Source: Wickerhamiella versatilis
Lineage: Eukaryota
NCBI GenBank assembly: GCA_030867685.1
Contig: JAQOWU010000001.1
Span: forward strand, 310,001 to 374,000
DNA: 64,000 nt
Reading direction: 5' to 3'
Shown here: piece after piece, positions 1 to 10,870 of the stretch
Position numbering within the stretch: the first letter of the stretch is position 1
How the letters are laid out: the number at the start of each line of letters is the position of its first letter
Made by a program: the position numbers and the translations under genes
Notes under the pieces: model-generated
Told to the model about the DNA's origin: nothing
The model's input: the letters and a program-made list of their open reading frames with translations, nothing else
The model's database searches: none

Positions 1-176
1 CATTATATAGATAGCATTCACTATGCAGCAACAGCATAGAAAATGTGGTTGAATACTATAAATCTGGCTAATTTTTAATGCCCTGGCTTGCGGCAATGAG
101 ATATCCCTATCTTAGACGCGGAACGCGGATTAAAACTCGGTAACACGTATTTGTAATAGATCACCCATCCTTGGCT

Positions 177-1442
177 ATGCGTACCTGCTCCTTGGTTACC
201 GTTCTACTTGCCACTCTAGGAGCAGCATCAGTCGATGCGACAGCTTTGGATAACGAGGGTTCGCACAAGGCTCTGAAGTTGAGTCCTAAGGACAAAACAT
301 CTCGGGGAGATGGCTCTCTTGACGCTACTGATAAGTTTCAGGCGCCAAAGAAAGCTCCTGTAGGAACCCCTGAGGACCAAGTAATGCCGGTTGGAGATGG
401 AGACAATAGAAAAGGCAGTGTTTTGCTCGACGACTATGATCCCACGCGGCTCGGCGTTTCTGCTGCTGAGGCTGAGGCTGAAAAAGGAAAATATGATAAT
501 ACACCAGCGAGTCCTCAAAGTAGTGGGAAACCAGTAGCAGCAACAAATGATGACAATCCGGCAGCCAAGGCAAAGGGTGAACTGGCTTCTGGAAAAGGGG
601 GAGGCGGAACAGGTGGGGTCGGTGCAACTGCGGGTACGGGAAGTGGTCCAGCAATCGACCCTAATGCAGAAATGACTCCGAGGGACAAAACTCATACTTC
701 AGAGAGTCCCACTATAGCTACTGAAAAAACTAATACAAATCTTGAGCACAGTATGAGTCGTATGTTTGGTGTTACTATGATGATCGTGATGAGTGAAATA
801 TTCGACAAGACGTTTTTCATAGCTGCATTGATGGCTATGCGTAACTCTCCTCTCTTTGTTTTTAGTGCCAGTTTTGCCTCATTGGGACTGATGCATACAT
901 TGTCGACTTTCCTAGGAATGGTGCTTCCTCAGGTACTATCGCCCAAGGTCACTATGCTTCTTGCAGCACTGCTATTCTTCGTTTTCGGGTTGAAGCTGCT
1001 AAAAGATGCGTGGGACATGAACCCCCGCGAGGCTGCGTCGGAAGAGATGCGTGAAGTTGAACAGGAGATCGAGCTTCGAGAGTCTAATCGCGCGACCGAG
1101 CGAGCAGAGACCCAGTCGCATGAAACTAGTCGATTTGCTGGCATCACTAACTTACTTTCTCTTGTTTTCTCGCCACTGTGGATCCAGATTTTCGTGATGA
1201 ACTTTCTTGCTGAATGGGGAGATAGATCTCAAATTGCAACTATCGCCTTGGGGGCCAGTACACACTATATAGATGTTCTGATTGGCGGCCTATTGGGACA
1301 TGGCCTTTGTACCGCATTTGCAATTGCTGGAGGCAGGCTTCTCGCATCTAGCCTGTCAACACGCACCATCACATTTGGTGGCGCATTCTGTTTCTTGTTA
1401 TTCGCCTGCATATATTTTGTTGACTGGAAGAGAGAGGTTTGA
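177..1442 (+). CDS. GDT1: Gdt1/TMEM165 (UPF0016) Golgi Ca2+/Mn2+ transporter with signal peptide and low-complexity luminal N-terminus
   Basis: Two UPF0016 motifs (SEIFDKTF, AEWGDRSQ) and hydrophobic TM blocks. First ATG is at 177; the ORF track starts at a TTG. Confidence 0.92.
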   Translation: MRTCSLVTVLLATLGAASVDATALDNEGSHKALKLSPKDKTSRGDGSLDATDKFQAPKKAPVGTPEDQVMPVGDGDNRKGSVLLDDYDPTRLGVSAAEAEAEKGKYDNTPASPQSSGKPVAATNDDNPAAKAKGELASGKGGGGTGGVGATAGTGSGPAIDPNAEMTPRDKTHTSESPTIATEKTNTNLEHSMSRMFGVTMMIVMSEIFDKTFFIAALMAMRNSPLFVFSASFASLGLMHTLSTFLGMVLPQVLSPKVTMLLAALLFFVFGLKLLKDAWDMNPREAASEEMREVEQEIELRESNRATERAETQSHETSRFAGITNLLSLVFSPLWIQIFVMNFLAEWGDRSQIATIALGASTHYIDVLIGGLLGHGLCTAFAIAGGRLLASSLSTRTITFGGAFCFLLFACIYFVDWKREV

Positions 1443-1467
1443 AATATGTATCTGTCTTAACACTATA

Positions 1468-4400
1468 ATGATATATTTCCTAGATATACTAAAACTATAT
1501 TGGTATTCTTGTTTAGTCAACTTACGACAATTGAGGGTTCGCATCGACTGCATTGACAGCTATCAGGCACCGGAACAAGGTACTATATTGCCTGTAGTAA
1601 GAATATATGGTCGTGATGGACATGGAAATGCATGCGTAGTCCATGTACATGGTGTATTTCCTTACTTTTATGTTCCGGTGCCTCCAGGTATAGATGCCTT
1701 TAACTATGCACAACTGCTTCACAACGCAATTGACGAGAAGTTGGGCCAAGTATGGCGTCGTGCAGATGCTAGATTTGTGTGGAAAGCTCAGGTCTGCAAG
1801 GCATTCCCCTTCTACGGATTCTGCGTAGGTTGGCATCCTTTTGTTAAGATAGAATTGAGGAATCCAAATTATATCTATAAATGCGCTGATTTGTGTCGTT
1901 CAGGACAAATCACAGGTGAGCCAGTGCAATCTTACGAGTCTCATATTCCATATCTGCTTAGTTTTCTGGCCGATCACAATTTATATGGATGCGACTATGC
2001 AAGATTTGAGAAGTTCAAGTATAAAACCGATAGACAAGCATATCAAGGTCTTGAGGTCGACGTTGATTCTCAAAATATCACTAATAAGTATTCGCTTTCA
2101 GGCAGTCAGCGACATGATATTTTACGTGAAAAATGGATGCCCAATGCTGGTATTCCTAGCTTGAAAGGTATTTTATTGCGGGACATGGAGTGGAGGCGTC
2201 AAAATGGCATCGCTGAGTACAAGTTCCCTCGCTTGGAAAGATTACGACAACCTGCTTTAACGTGGGAAAATTTGGCTGAGCATCTTTACCAATGGAGACT
2301 TCGCGTAAGTGACAACAAACACAAGCAACTCAGGCTGTATGACCTTTCATCTGACGTCCCGGCTGCTTTTGATCTGGTCCCTGGACGGAATAATGGGTCC
2401 TCTCGTCCAATCTCAGCTACTGGCAGTGCACAACCTGCACAGCCCGCACAGCCCGCACAGCGTGTACCTACTGCTTTGAGCCTCACTCCAGGTTCACAGA
2501 AATCCCAGGATTCTGATTTTAAGACACCAAGCTATGATCTGGGCCAGTTCTATGGTAACATATATCAACGTGCTGCCCCCATGCGTTCAACAGTCGTACG
2601 AACGCCAGCTATTTTGCCAGAAAAAAAAGTATTTTTTTCCAATAATAACGATATTCCTGCTACGCCGATCTCATACGGGATGCGCGAATTCTGGAGCAGA
2701 AGCGAGACCTCATTTCGGCGCCCCAAGCTATTTGGTCGACAGTTCGAGTATGCAAAGCCAGCACCTCTCCGTTCTGATATTAATGGATGGCATCAAACAA
2801 ATTCAAGTGAGGAACCTCAAATTTCAGCTCCTTACATAGTTTCTTCGTTGGAATCACGAAAAGATAGCGATATGGATGAGCTCTCATTATTTTGTGCACT
2901 AACTTTAGTGAACATTGACAATGACTGTATTCGCGCCGTTTTTTGGAGCCACGCTGAAAAATCAGGAACTGTTTCCGGTGATAATGAAATTGATATTCTA
3001 CTTCAACTTATACAGGTTGTGAGACTGGAAAACCCTGATTGTTTGTGTGCTTGGGATGAAGAAACCTGGATGCATATACATACCCGTGGCGAATTGCATG
3101 ACCTAGATATATTTGCGGAGCTTGGTCGTGTTAAAGTAACCCTTGCAACAATAGAACCGCGGGTACCTGGTCGTCACCTACTTGCTTTCGAAATCATTTT
3201 AAGGAGAGAGATTGCTCTTCGTCAATACTCTCTAGAGCATGTTGCCCTCCATATACTACATATCACCGTGCCGAAATTATCTTCTGAAACGTTGAATAAG
3301 TGGTGGGATGTTGACCAGGGTACAGTGAGCCGCTATCATCTCCGGAGGGTTTCGTTGATTTTACAACTAGCTGCCCATTTTGAAGTAATAAGCCGTCATT
3401 GTGCACAGGCGCGAGTTATTGGAATAGATTTTTATTCTAGTTTAACCCGTGGATCACAATTTATGGTGGAATCCGTTCTGTCGCGTTTGGCGAAACGCGA
3501 AAATTATCTTTTACCCTCTCCTTCGAAGGCACAGGTAGGCCAGCAAAATGCCCTTGAGTATATTCCTTTGGTCATGGAGCCGCTTTCAGAGTTGTATACT
3601 GACCCTGTATGCGTTCTTGATTTCCGCTCACTTTATCCTAGTATCGTCATTGCTTATAATTTATGTTATTCAACGTGTCTTGGACGCACTCAGCTTTGGA
3701 GAGACAAGTTCAATAAGCTTGGATTCACACAGGATTTTCAGTTACAAGAGGGGCTTCTTGATGCCCTGGGGGAGGATGACATTTTTATTGCTCCAAATGG
3801 CATTGCATACGTCCGACCACATGTTCGCAGATCTCTTCTAGCACAAATGCTTGACGACATTCTAACCAATCGCTTCATGCTCAAGGATTCTTTGAAACAG
3901 GCGAATAGCCGGCGAGACCAACGTAATATAAATAATCAACAACTTGCCCTCAAGTTCATCGCGAATGTTACTTACGGCTATACCTCTGCCTCATACTCCG
4001 GTAGAATGCCGTGTGCAGAGCTGGCGGATTCAATAGTTCTGATTGGACGTGAAACTCTTGCACGATGTATAAAAGATATCGAGGGTATAACCAAATGGGG
4101 TACTACACCAAAAGTTGTTTATGGAGATACTGACTCTTTATTTGTTCGTTTACGTGGCGTCAACTGCACACAAGCATTTTCAATTGGGCGTGAAATCGCG
4201 GATATGATCACTCAGACATCACCATTCCCAATGGAGTTACAACTTGAGAAAGTTTATGACCGTAGTATTTTATTGACAAAAAAGCGTTATGTCGGGAGGG
4301 CTTTTGATACACCCGGTGGTTCCAGCAGGCTTGATGCGAAAGGTATTGAAGTTATTCGTCGAGACGGGACTCCTATCGTCCAGAAAGTCGAGCGAAAGGC

Positions 4401-5157
4401 GATAGAGACCCTCTTTAATACTCTCGACTTGTCTCAAGTAAAGTCATTATTATACAAAGAGTTTACAAAAATAATTACTGGAAAGGTTGCTTTACAAGAT
4501 TTCTGTTTCGCCCAAAAGGTGAAACTGGGATCGTATGTGGACGAATCTCGAGTCCCGGGCGCAGCTGTGGCACTAAGCGCAATGGCCAAAGGTGAGAGTG
4601 CTCCATCATATGGCGAAAGAGTCCCTTTTGTTGTAACTGTTGGGCCACCTGGATCGCGAATTGTCGACCGATGCGTGACTCCTTATGAAGTTCTCCGAAA
4701 TCCAGATTTGATGATTGACGCTGAGTATTACATTTCCAGACATATTATTCCTCCTCTAGAGAGACTTTTTAATTTATGTGGTGCGAACATTCGAGAATGG
4801 TATGAGTCTATGCCTCGGGTGACTAGAGCGGCCCAACCCATCATGGGAGGCGTTAGACAATACACAAAAAGGCAAAATTGTCCAGTATGTCTCCAAAGGA
4901 CACCTGACGGTGAAATATGTGGTAACTGCTCCAATGATGCTTCTCGTTCTCTTTATCTACTTGTTGCCCGGTTACAATCCCAGGAACTTCGTGTGAGTAG
5001 AGCTCATGCGGTTTGTGGGATTTGTTCTGGTAGAATTGGCCAGAATGCTTGTAATTCTTTAGATTGTCCGGTTTTTTTCACCCGTGAATCCTCTAGGGCA
5101 GAATTGATGAGCTTACAATCTTCTGTGAATGAGGGTCTAAACCAGCTTGAATGGTGA
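1468..5157 (+). CDS. REV3: DNA polymerase zeta catalytic subunit (start codon uncertain)
   Basis: Rev3-type N-terminus (VHGVFPYFYV, YESHIPYLL), B-family motifs LDFRSLYPS, KFIANVTYGY and YGDTDS, and C-terminal CysA/CysB clusters. Confidence 0.93.
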   Translation: MIYFLDILKLYWYSCLVNLRQLRVRIDCIDSYQAPEQGTILPVVRIYGRDGHGNACVVHVHGVFPYFYVPVPPGIDAFNYAQLLHNAIDEKLGQVWRRADARFVWKAQVCKAFPFYGFCVGWHPFVKIELRNPNYIYKCADLCRSGQITGEPVQSYESHIPYLLSFLADHNLYGCDYARFEKFKYKTDRQAYQGLEVDVDSQNITNKYSLSGSQRHDILREKWMPNAGIPSLKGILLRDMEWRRQNGIAEYKFPRLERLRQPALTWENLAEHLYQWRLRVSDNKHKQLRLYDLSSDVPAAFDLVPGRNNGSSRPISATGSAQPAQPAQPAQRVPTALSLTPGSQKSQDSDFKTPSYDLGQFYGNIYQRAAPMRSTVVRTPAILPEKKVFFSNNNDIPATPISYGMREFWSRSETSFRRPKLFGRQFEYAKPAPLRSDINGWHQTNSSEEPQISAPYIVSSLESRKDSDMDELSLFCALTLVNIDNDCIRAVFWSHAEKSGTVSGDNEIDILLQLIQVVRLENPDCLCAWDEETWMHIHTRGELHDLDIFAELGRVKVTLATIEPRVPGRHLLAFEIILRREIALRQYSLEHVALHILHITVPKLSSETLNKWWDVDQGTVSRYHLRRVSLILQLAAHFEVISRHCAQARVIGIDFYSSLTRGSQFMVESVLSRLAKRENYLLPSPSKAQVGQQNALEYIPLVMEPLSELYTDPVCVLDFRSLYPSIVIAYNLCYSTCLGRTQLWRDKFNKLGFTQDFQLQEGLLDALGEDDIFIAPNGIAYVRPHVRRSLLAQMLDDILTNRFMLKDSLKQANSRRDQRNINNQQLALKFIANVTYGYTSASYSGRMPCAELADSIVLIGRETLARCIKDIEGITKWGTTPKVVYGDTDSLFVRLRGVNCTQAFSIGREIADMITQTSPFPMELQLEKVYDRSILLTKKRYVGRAFDTPGGSSRLDAKGIEVIRRDGTPIVQKVERKAIETLFNTLDLSQVKSLLYKEFTKIITGKVALQDFCFAQKVKLGSYVDESRVPGAAVALSAMAKGESAPSYGERVPFVVTVGPPGSRIVDRCVTPYEVLRNPDLMIDAEYYISRHIIPPLERLFNLCGANIREWYESMPRVTRAAQPIMGGVRQYTKRQNCPVCLQRTPDGEICGNCSNDASRSLYLLVARLQSQELRVSRAHAVCGICSGRIGQNACNSLDCPVFFTRESSRAELMSLQSSVNEGLNQLEW
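2427..2459 (+). repeat. 9-nt tandem repeat encoding (AQP)n inside REV3
   Basis: gcacaacct gcacagccc gcacagccc gcacag. Confidence 0.75.
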
Positions 5158-5213
5158 AAAGAACACTAAACAGTACGAATTAGATGTAACTCCATTCTTG
5201 ATTCTATGCAAAT

Positions 5214-5690
5214 TTAGAACCACTGATCACGATCCCAGTTGCTATCCTGTAAGAATGCACTCAAGGCTTGGGAGGCACCCGAGCGGATGAGCGGATGGCC
5301 TGCCACCTGCTGCACAAATTTATCGAGACCTTTCCGTCGGTTCTCAATTACCTCGTCATTGAAACGATGTGTGAATACTTTGCCTGGGAGTTGGGGAATG
5401 GTAATGCGGGGTAGTTCTCGCTCCAATATCTCATGAAAAGCTTCAAAGTCTGAATAGCGTCTTCTCACACTCGACTCTTGGAGGTGGAATGTCGGAATAT
5501 TCGTGCGGCACAGGATCTCATAGTCAGTATACATGTTGCGGGATGTGCCATGTGTCTTTGGGTTGGTCACTTCGAGCTCAAGAGAGTTCTCGGGCTCCCC
5601 ATAGCTATCATCACCCGACAGCATTTTGGCTCGTGCTGCTTTGGTACCTGCATCCAAGCTGTCTGGCATTGCCTCGAACTTCCGAGGCAT
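5214..5690 (-). CDS. SNX3: Sorting nexin-3 (PX domain)
   Basis: [38 protein letters not shown]. Confidence 0.93.
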   Translation of the reverse strand: MPRKFEAMPDSLDAGTKAARAKMLSGDDSYGEPENSLELEVTNPKTHGTSRNMYTDYEILCRTNIPTFHLQESSVRRRYSDFEAFHEILERELPRITIPQLPGKVFTHRFNDEVIENRRKGLDKFVQQVAGHPLIRSGASQALSAFLQDSNWDRDQWF

Positions 5691-5875
5691 TGTAGGCAGC
5701 GGTGATATCAATAAACTTGATTAATAATAATAACCAATGCCCAAGATTAACTGTCAGTGATTGATTTTAAATTTAAGTAACTAAGAAAGTAAGTAAACTA
5801 ATGCTAGGTAAGGAGAATAATGCAAAATAAGGGAGGTCAATGCAACATATTGAAGGGGGACTGTGTGAATGCAGA

Positions 5876-6388
5876 TTAAGTGGATGTTGTTCGTGCGGCC
5901 GCGGCAGCCGCAGCTTCTGTACCTGGAAGCGTAAAGACGGAAGTATACCCAGTTCCGACAGTAACTGGTGGGTATGTGGTAGTGCTTGTTGCTGCAGTTG
6001 TGTAGTAACTTTCCGATTCGCTTTGAGATTGGTAGGATATCGTGGATATGTATCCAGGCATAGTGACATACTGAGTTACTGTGTACTGGGTAGGAACACT
6101 CACGGTTGAAGCTGACGGCTGGACATACTGTGTGCTGTATGTGGAGCCACAATTGCATCCACCCCAGCCCTTCTTCTTCCAAAACCAGAGCTCAACGGGA
6201 TCGGTCGGTTCGACGCTGTCGGCATTCAGGACGCTTTGGGTGTTGTTGGCGTTCATGATGCTCTGTGTGTTTTTGGCATCCTCGATGCTCTGAGTTTTCT
6301 GGGGGCTTTTATCTTCAATTTGACTCGAAAGTGGTGATCCATAGGATACAGAGAGGAGAGTAAGTGCAAGGAGATTTGTAGTGAACAT
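5876..6388 (-). CDS. Small secreted Ser/Thr/Tyr-rich orphan protein with three 9-aa repeats
   Basis: Signal peptide MFTTNLLALTLLSVSYG-SP, repeat propeptide-like region, WFWKKKGWGGCNCG, S/T-rich tail. TATAAA lies about 45 bp upstream. Confidence 0.7.
   Translation of the reverse strand: MFTTNLLALTLLSVSYGSPLSSQIEDKSPQKTQSIEDAKNTQSIMNANNTQSVLNADSVEPTDPVELWFWKKKGWGGCNCGSTYSTQYVQPSASTVSVPTQYTVTQYVTMPGYISTISYQSQSESESYYTTAATSTTTYPPVTVGTGYTSVFTLPGTEAAAAAAARTTST
6218..6298 (-). repeat. 3 x 27-nt imperfect coding tandem repeat (KTQSIEDAK / NTQSIMNAN / NTQSVLNAD)
   Basis: Units at 6218-6244, 6245-6271 and 6272-6298 are visible in both DNA and protein. Confidence 0.85.
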
Positions 6389-6842
6389 GGAGAGAAGTGT
6401 TACTGGATTATTGCAAGGCCCCATGAGGCTACTTTATAGTAGTACTATCTATTTTCGGTAGTCTTGCAGACTACAGATCCTATCTGTAATTTATATGATA
6501 CAACGCGATACCAACCCTTGCTTGCTGTATTCATGGTGTTTAGACAGTTTACGAAGTATCCTGGTCTTAATTTGATCAAAAAAACAGATGGTTTATATCT
6601 TTCCATGGCTTTGTAACTTTTACAATTATTTTATTCTCAATTATTTAACGTGGTCTTCTTTTTTGGCTCCTGTCAAAGCTAGGATTGAAGGTTACGATCT
6701 GTGATAATGCCTGAATTTTAAAGCTAATCTGGGTTTGACACGATCCATGCTTTTTTCTGCAGAGAATTTTGAATATATTTTTTTGAATGACTTATTGTGC
6801 TATTAACAGGTTATATATATGTACGTCTTACTACTACGCTAA

Positions 6843-7871
6843 TTAATCTAGGCTGACCACAATCTTTCCACGAGCGCCATCGTCTAGGCGACACCAGGCT
6901 TCATTAATACGATCAAGGTTGAATACGGAGTCAATTCTTACCTTAGCATCTGGATTTGTCGAGAAAAATTCGCTGGCAGTTCCACTTTTGCCACCGGCGA
7001 CGAATTGGTATCGCGGATTCGAGCTGAGTATATTCGACATTAATATACGGAGGGCCATACGTGGAGCACTGGCGATGGTCGCTGCTAACTCCTTACGGGA
7101 TGAATAGGGACCGCGCGGGCTGTGGTCTCCAACTATAGTACGATACACGCCAACAGGAATCCCTGACTCAGTGACCTGATTCCATACGTCAGTCCCTCCC
7201 ACTGTATCTAGTATTGCGGCAAATCCATTGGGTGTACCCAATTCGCTCAACTGTTCCGAGAAATCGGGGCTCGTCCTATCAATTATATGATCAGCACCAA
7301 TTTGATCGAGCCACTGGAAGGTTGACGGCGAAGCACTGGTAGCCACAAATCCTACATCATAGGTCAATTTGGCAATTTGAATCATAAGGGATCCAACAGT
7401 CGTTCCACCTCCTATGATGAAAATACGACTGTCGTGGTTGAGATCCAGGCCCTCCAGCATGTTGTAGGCCGCGGCATACGAGGAAGGAATTGACGCTGCT
7501 TCTGCGTCTGTAAGATGGCTAGGAGCTTGCATGACCATGTTTTTTTGAACGTCTATCAGCGCATATGATCCCACGAAAGATCCATCCCACTGTGAGGTCA
7601 ACCGTCCACAAACTCGTTCACCAACTTCGTAGTCTAGACTAGCGGTATCTCCAACTTCCACCACGTATCCACAGAAATCGCGCCCAACTAAATGACCACC
7701 TGGGCTTGGTAGAAGTGTGGCTGCCTTTATCTTTACGTCAATCGGATTTAGACCAATGTGCGTGACACGAACAACTAATTGGGCGGGCCTCGGATATTGG
7801 ATCGCTCGCTCACTCACCGCCAGCTTAGAGCTTCGTGTCTGGTATGTCACGATTTTTGATAAATATGGCAT
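6843..7871 (-). CDS. MDR-family NADPH:quinone oxidoreductase / enoyl-reductase-like protein (Yim1/RTN4IP1-like)
   Basis: GLNPIDVK, GRDFCGYV, EAASIP, IIGGGTTVGS, GADHIID and GARGKIVV; no catalytic Zn cysteines. Confidence 0.8.
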   Translation of the reverse strand: MPYLSKIVTYQTRSSKLAVSERAIQYPRPAQLVVRVTHIGLNPIDVKIKAATLLPSPGGHLVGRDFCGYVVEVGDTASLDYEVGERVCGRLTSQWDGSFVGSYALIDVQKNMVMQAPSHLTDAEAASIPSSYAAAYNMLEGLDLNHDSRIFIIGGGTTVGSLMIQIAKLTYDVGFVATSASPSTFQWLDQIGADHIIDRTSPDFSEQLSELGTPNGFAAILDTVGGTDVWNQVTESGIPVGVYRTIVGDHSPRGPYSSRKELAATIASAPRMALRILMSNILSSNPRYQFVAGGKSGTASEFFSTNPDAKVRIDSVFNLDRINEAWCRLDDGARGKIVVSLD

Positions 7872-8616
7872 TACAACTGATACTTTTGCGCCGAGAACAG
7901 GCTTATTGGAATCAAGGTTAGGGCTCCAAGTGGCACGGGTTTGGAAATGGACCTGAACGGCTCCTGACGGTCAGATAGTGGGGTTGGAATGTGCAATATA
8001 GCGCTGTAGTGACAATAATACAAGTGTGGGGTAAAAGGAAAAAGTAATTACCTCGAACTTTGAACCAGTCATAGCTGGTTCAGAGATTTCAATTTCAGAC
8101 GGACTGCAACCATGCCACTTACAGAGTACCAAAGTGAGGAGCTCGTGGAACGTCTGTACGTCACGACTTCTTATTTTATTTTCGTCCTCCTATTATATTT
8201 TAATTTATACGTACCAGAGAGAAGGCAGTAATGTAGTCGGAAAAATGAACGGGGAATTCACATTTTGGGGAATTCAGCGTGCCATGGCTACGGAAAATGA
8301 ATTCCATTGGATATTCAAATGGGTCCCTTCTCCGAGTATCGAACCTGCAAACGCTAATTACCGACCTACTAATGGTTGAATAATGAGAGCTTTAAACACT
8401 AAGTTGGAGAAGACAACGATTCACCATTGTTGTTGCTGGTTTAATTCTATTTTTGATAGTTCTACATTGCGCTCAGACATGAGCCACCAAACTACCATAC
8501 TGTGTTCACTAATACACATTAATATACACGCACCTTACCTCGGATCTATATACCCCTGCCCTGAGTTGGTTATTCATCTTAGCTCGGTTTAAGGTCCCCG
8601 GCATCAGAGAGCCAGT

Positions 8617-10626
8617 ATGTCTGAAGAAGCGGCTCCTAGTCAAAATTTGAGGAAGGAGGACAGTTTTCTTTTTGACGATGACCTGTCACAGTATACCGTA
8701 GCTAAGCGGGGTGCTCCTACCGCGTGGAATATGCGGACAGCTTCGGATACCGTATCCTCCCCTACCCAATCGATTTCTAGTCCGAGGGTACGCAAAGCTC
8801 TTTCCGAAGGCACTGTATCAACTCCACAACAACGTGTTGTCGATTCTGATGCACGAAAGGTGACACCAAGATCGACTTCGCGGTCGTCTAAAGTTAAGGG
8901 CGCGTTTCAGAATTTTGTCAATAATTTCCGCGATAAGCCGGTAAATGGTAGGAGTGGCGCCTTGATTTCGAGCCCTTATAATGCTAAACATGTGACGCAT
9001 GTTGGTTTCGACTCGAGCACTGGCCAATTTACGGGGATGCCCCAGGAGTGGACTACAATCCTTAAGAATTCCGGGATCACGCAGGCAGAAGTGAAGAAGA
9101 ACCCTCAGGGTGTTGCTGATGTTCTCAATTTTATCTCGGAGGAAGAGACGGTGGATCATGTATGGGAAAAGTTTGGTAGGGCCGGTACGAGTCCCGCGAA
9201 TGGCAAATCTCTGGCAAGCCCTTTTCTAGGCTCCTCTGACTTCAATCCAACACCTCAGCGATCAGCTCCACGGGCCCCACTTCGGCAACTATCTCTAAGA
9301 AGCAAAGGACCCCGCTCGCCGCCGCCCATTGCATCTCCGCCTACGCTCCCGAAAGGACCTCCACCGCCGCGACCACCCCCTGCTCCACCACTTGGAGTCC
9401 CTTCGGTGCAAGGTCCTCAAAAGCGACAAGAGCCCTCTATGTCTACAAATTCTTCGCTTAGCGGGCCTCAGACTCCGCCACCGTCCTCGCCTGAACGTGT
9501 GGCCCAAACCACCTCTCCTAGGTACGTTGGCCAGGAACCTGTTTTCAGCCCCCAGCCCAAAACACTTGATCCTAAGGTCCAGAAACCGCAGGTCGAGTCG
9601 CCCGTTCCTGGTACACAGGTGCCCAATAAAGATGAAGAACTTAGAAATTTGGAAAAGGCCCTTGGTCCGCAAAGGCCGTCGCGGGAGTCCCCAGAAGCTG
9701 CGCAGAAACGTCGTGATCTTCGTGCTCAAAGAGATCAGGAAACACTGAAACGTCTTGAGAGGATATGTACCCCGCTAGATCCGACGCTCCTGTTCTCGAA
9801 TTTGCATAAAATCGGACACGGTGCGTCCGGTGGTGTGTTTCTGGCCGACAATTCTGTGCTGAACGAACGTGTCGCTATAAAACAGATGCGTTTAGATCAA
9901 CAACCGAAAAAGGACTTGATCGCGAATGAAATCATGGTGATGAAGGAGGCGAAACATCCAAATATAGTGAATTTCATAGATAGCTTCATCCACAGTGGCG
10001 ACTTGTGGATCATCATGGAATACATGGAGGGTGGATCTCTCACGGATGTGATTTCGCACAATGTTATGAGTCCCCCTCAAATTGGCGCTGTATGTCGGGA
10101 GACACTTTCTGGGCTGGCTCATCTACACGCTATGGGCGTCATCCACCGTGATATTAAGTCCGATAATATCCTTTTGAGCTTGGAAGGTGATATCAAAATC
10201 ACAGATTTTGGCTATTGTGCACAGACGACAGATATGCGGGCGCGCCGCAACACAATGGTAGGTACACCCTATTGGATGGCACCAGAAGTTATTACTCGTA
10301 AGGATTACGATTCTAGAATCGATGTGTGGAGTCTTGGTATCATGACGATAGAGATGATTGAAGGGGAGCCCCCTTATCTAAATGAACCACCAGTAAAAGC
10401 ATTGTACATGATTATTTCCAATGGCACTCCAGAAATACATGATCCAGAATCACTTCCGGATGACTTTAGGGCATTTATCAGTAGATGCCTTCGTGTTGAT
10501 GTCGACGAGCGTGCTACGGCAGTCGAACTCCTTCAGCACCCTTTTATCACGGCTGCAGCACCATGTTCGACACTTGCACCGCTTGTTCGCACGGTGCATC
10601 GGGCACGTGCCGAAAATTCCCATTAA
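8617..10626 (+). CDS. STE20: PAK kinase Ste20
   Basis: CRIB domain ISSPYNAKHVTHVGFD, kinase motifs HRDIKSDN and GTPYWMAPE, C-terminal G-beta-binding motif STLAPLVR, no PH domain (so not Cla4). Confidence 0.93.
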   Translation: MSEEAAPSQNLRKEDSFLFDDDLSQYTVAKRGAPTAWNMRTASDTVSSPTQSISSPRVRKALSEGTVSTPQQRVVDSDARKVTPRSTSRSSKVKGAFQNFVNNFRDKPVNGRSGALISSPYNAKHVTHVGFDSSTGQFTGMPQEWTTILKNSGITQAEVKKNPQGVADVLNFISEEETVDHVWEKFGRAGTSPANGKSLASPFLGSSDFNPTPQRSAPRAPLRQLSLRSKGPRSPPPIASPPTLPKGPPPPRPPPAPPLGVPSVQGPQKRQEPSMSTNSSLSGPQTPPPSSPERVAQTTSPRYVGQEPVFSPQPKTLDPKVQKPQVESPVPGTQVPNKDEELRNLEKALGPQRPSRESPEAAQKRRDLRAQRDQETLKRLERICTPLDPTLLFSNLHKIGHGASGGVFLADNSVLNERVAIKQMRLDQQPKKDLIANEIMVMKEAKHPNIVNFIDSFIHSGDLWIIMEYMEGGSLTDVISHNVMSPPQIGAVCRETLSGLAHLHAMGVIHRDIKSDNILLSLEGDIKITDFGYCAQTTDMRARRNTMVGTPYWMAPEVITRKDYDSRIDVWSLGIMTIEMIEGEPPYLNEPPVKALYMIISNGTPEIHDPESLPDDFRAFISRCLRVDVDERATAVELLQHPFITAAAPCSTLAPLVRTVHRARAENSH

Positions 10627-10870
10627 GATGAACACTATTGTGAATTGCAAATGCTGGCGTTTGTGGTCTATATATTGATATATACATATATTAGTGAAGT
10701 TAAGTTCGATAATCGCAACTTTATCTATAATACAACTCTCTCCCTCTTATCATCCCTGTTCTCCCGTAACTCACGTTTACCATTTTTTTTGCGAGGCAAT
10801 GAGGTCAGCTATTCTGTGAATCTCATTCCTCATTCATCCAGCTCCAGAGCCGAACGTGACTAAGCTTTTC

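Noticed and set aside
1282-1467. ORF-track N-terminal extension of REV3 overlapping GDT1
   Set aside because: It starts at a non-ATG codon inside the GDT1 CDS and has no Rev3 similarity; it is an incidental open frame.
5840-6109. Cys-rich, metallothionein-like ORF on the + strand
   Set aside because: It is antisense to the Thr/Ala-rich secreted protein; the Cys codons are reverse complements of ACA/GCA codons.
5876-6388. Calling the secreted orphan an alpha-factor precursor
   Set aside because: There are no KR/RR Kex2 sites flanking repeated mature peptides, and the Trp-rich motif occurs once, followed by a long S/T stalk.
8058-8085. Hairpin CTTTGAACCAG-TCATAG-CTGGTTCAGAG in the intergenic region upstream of STE20
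   Set aside because: It is an isolated stem with no recognisable snoRNA, snRNA or riboswitch boxes and is compatible with chance.
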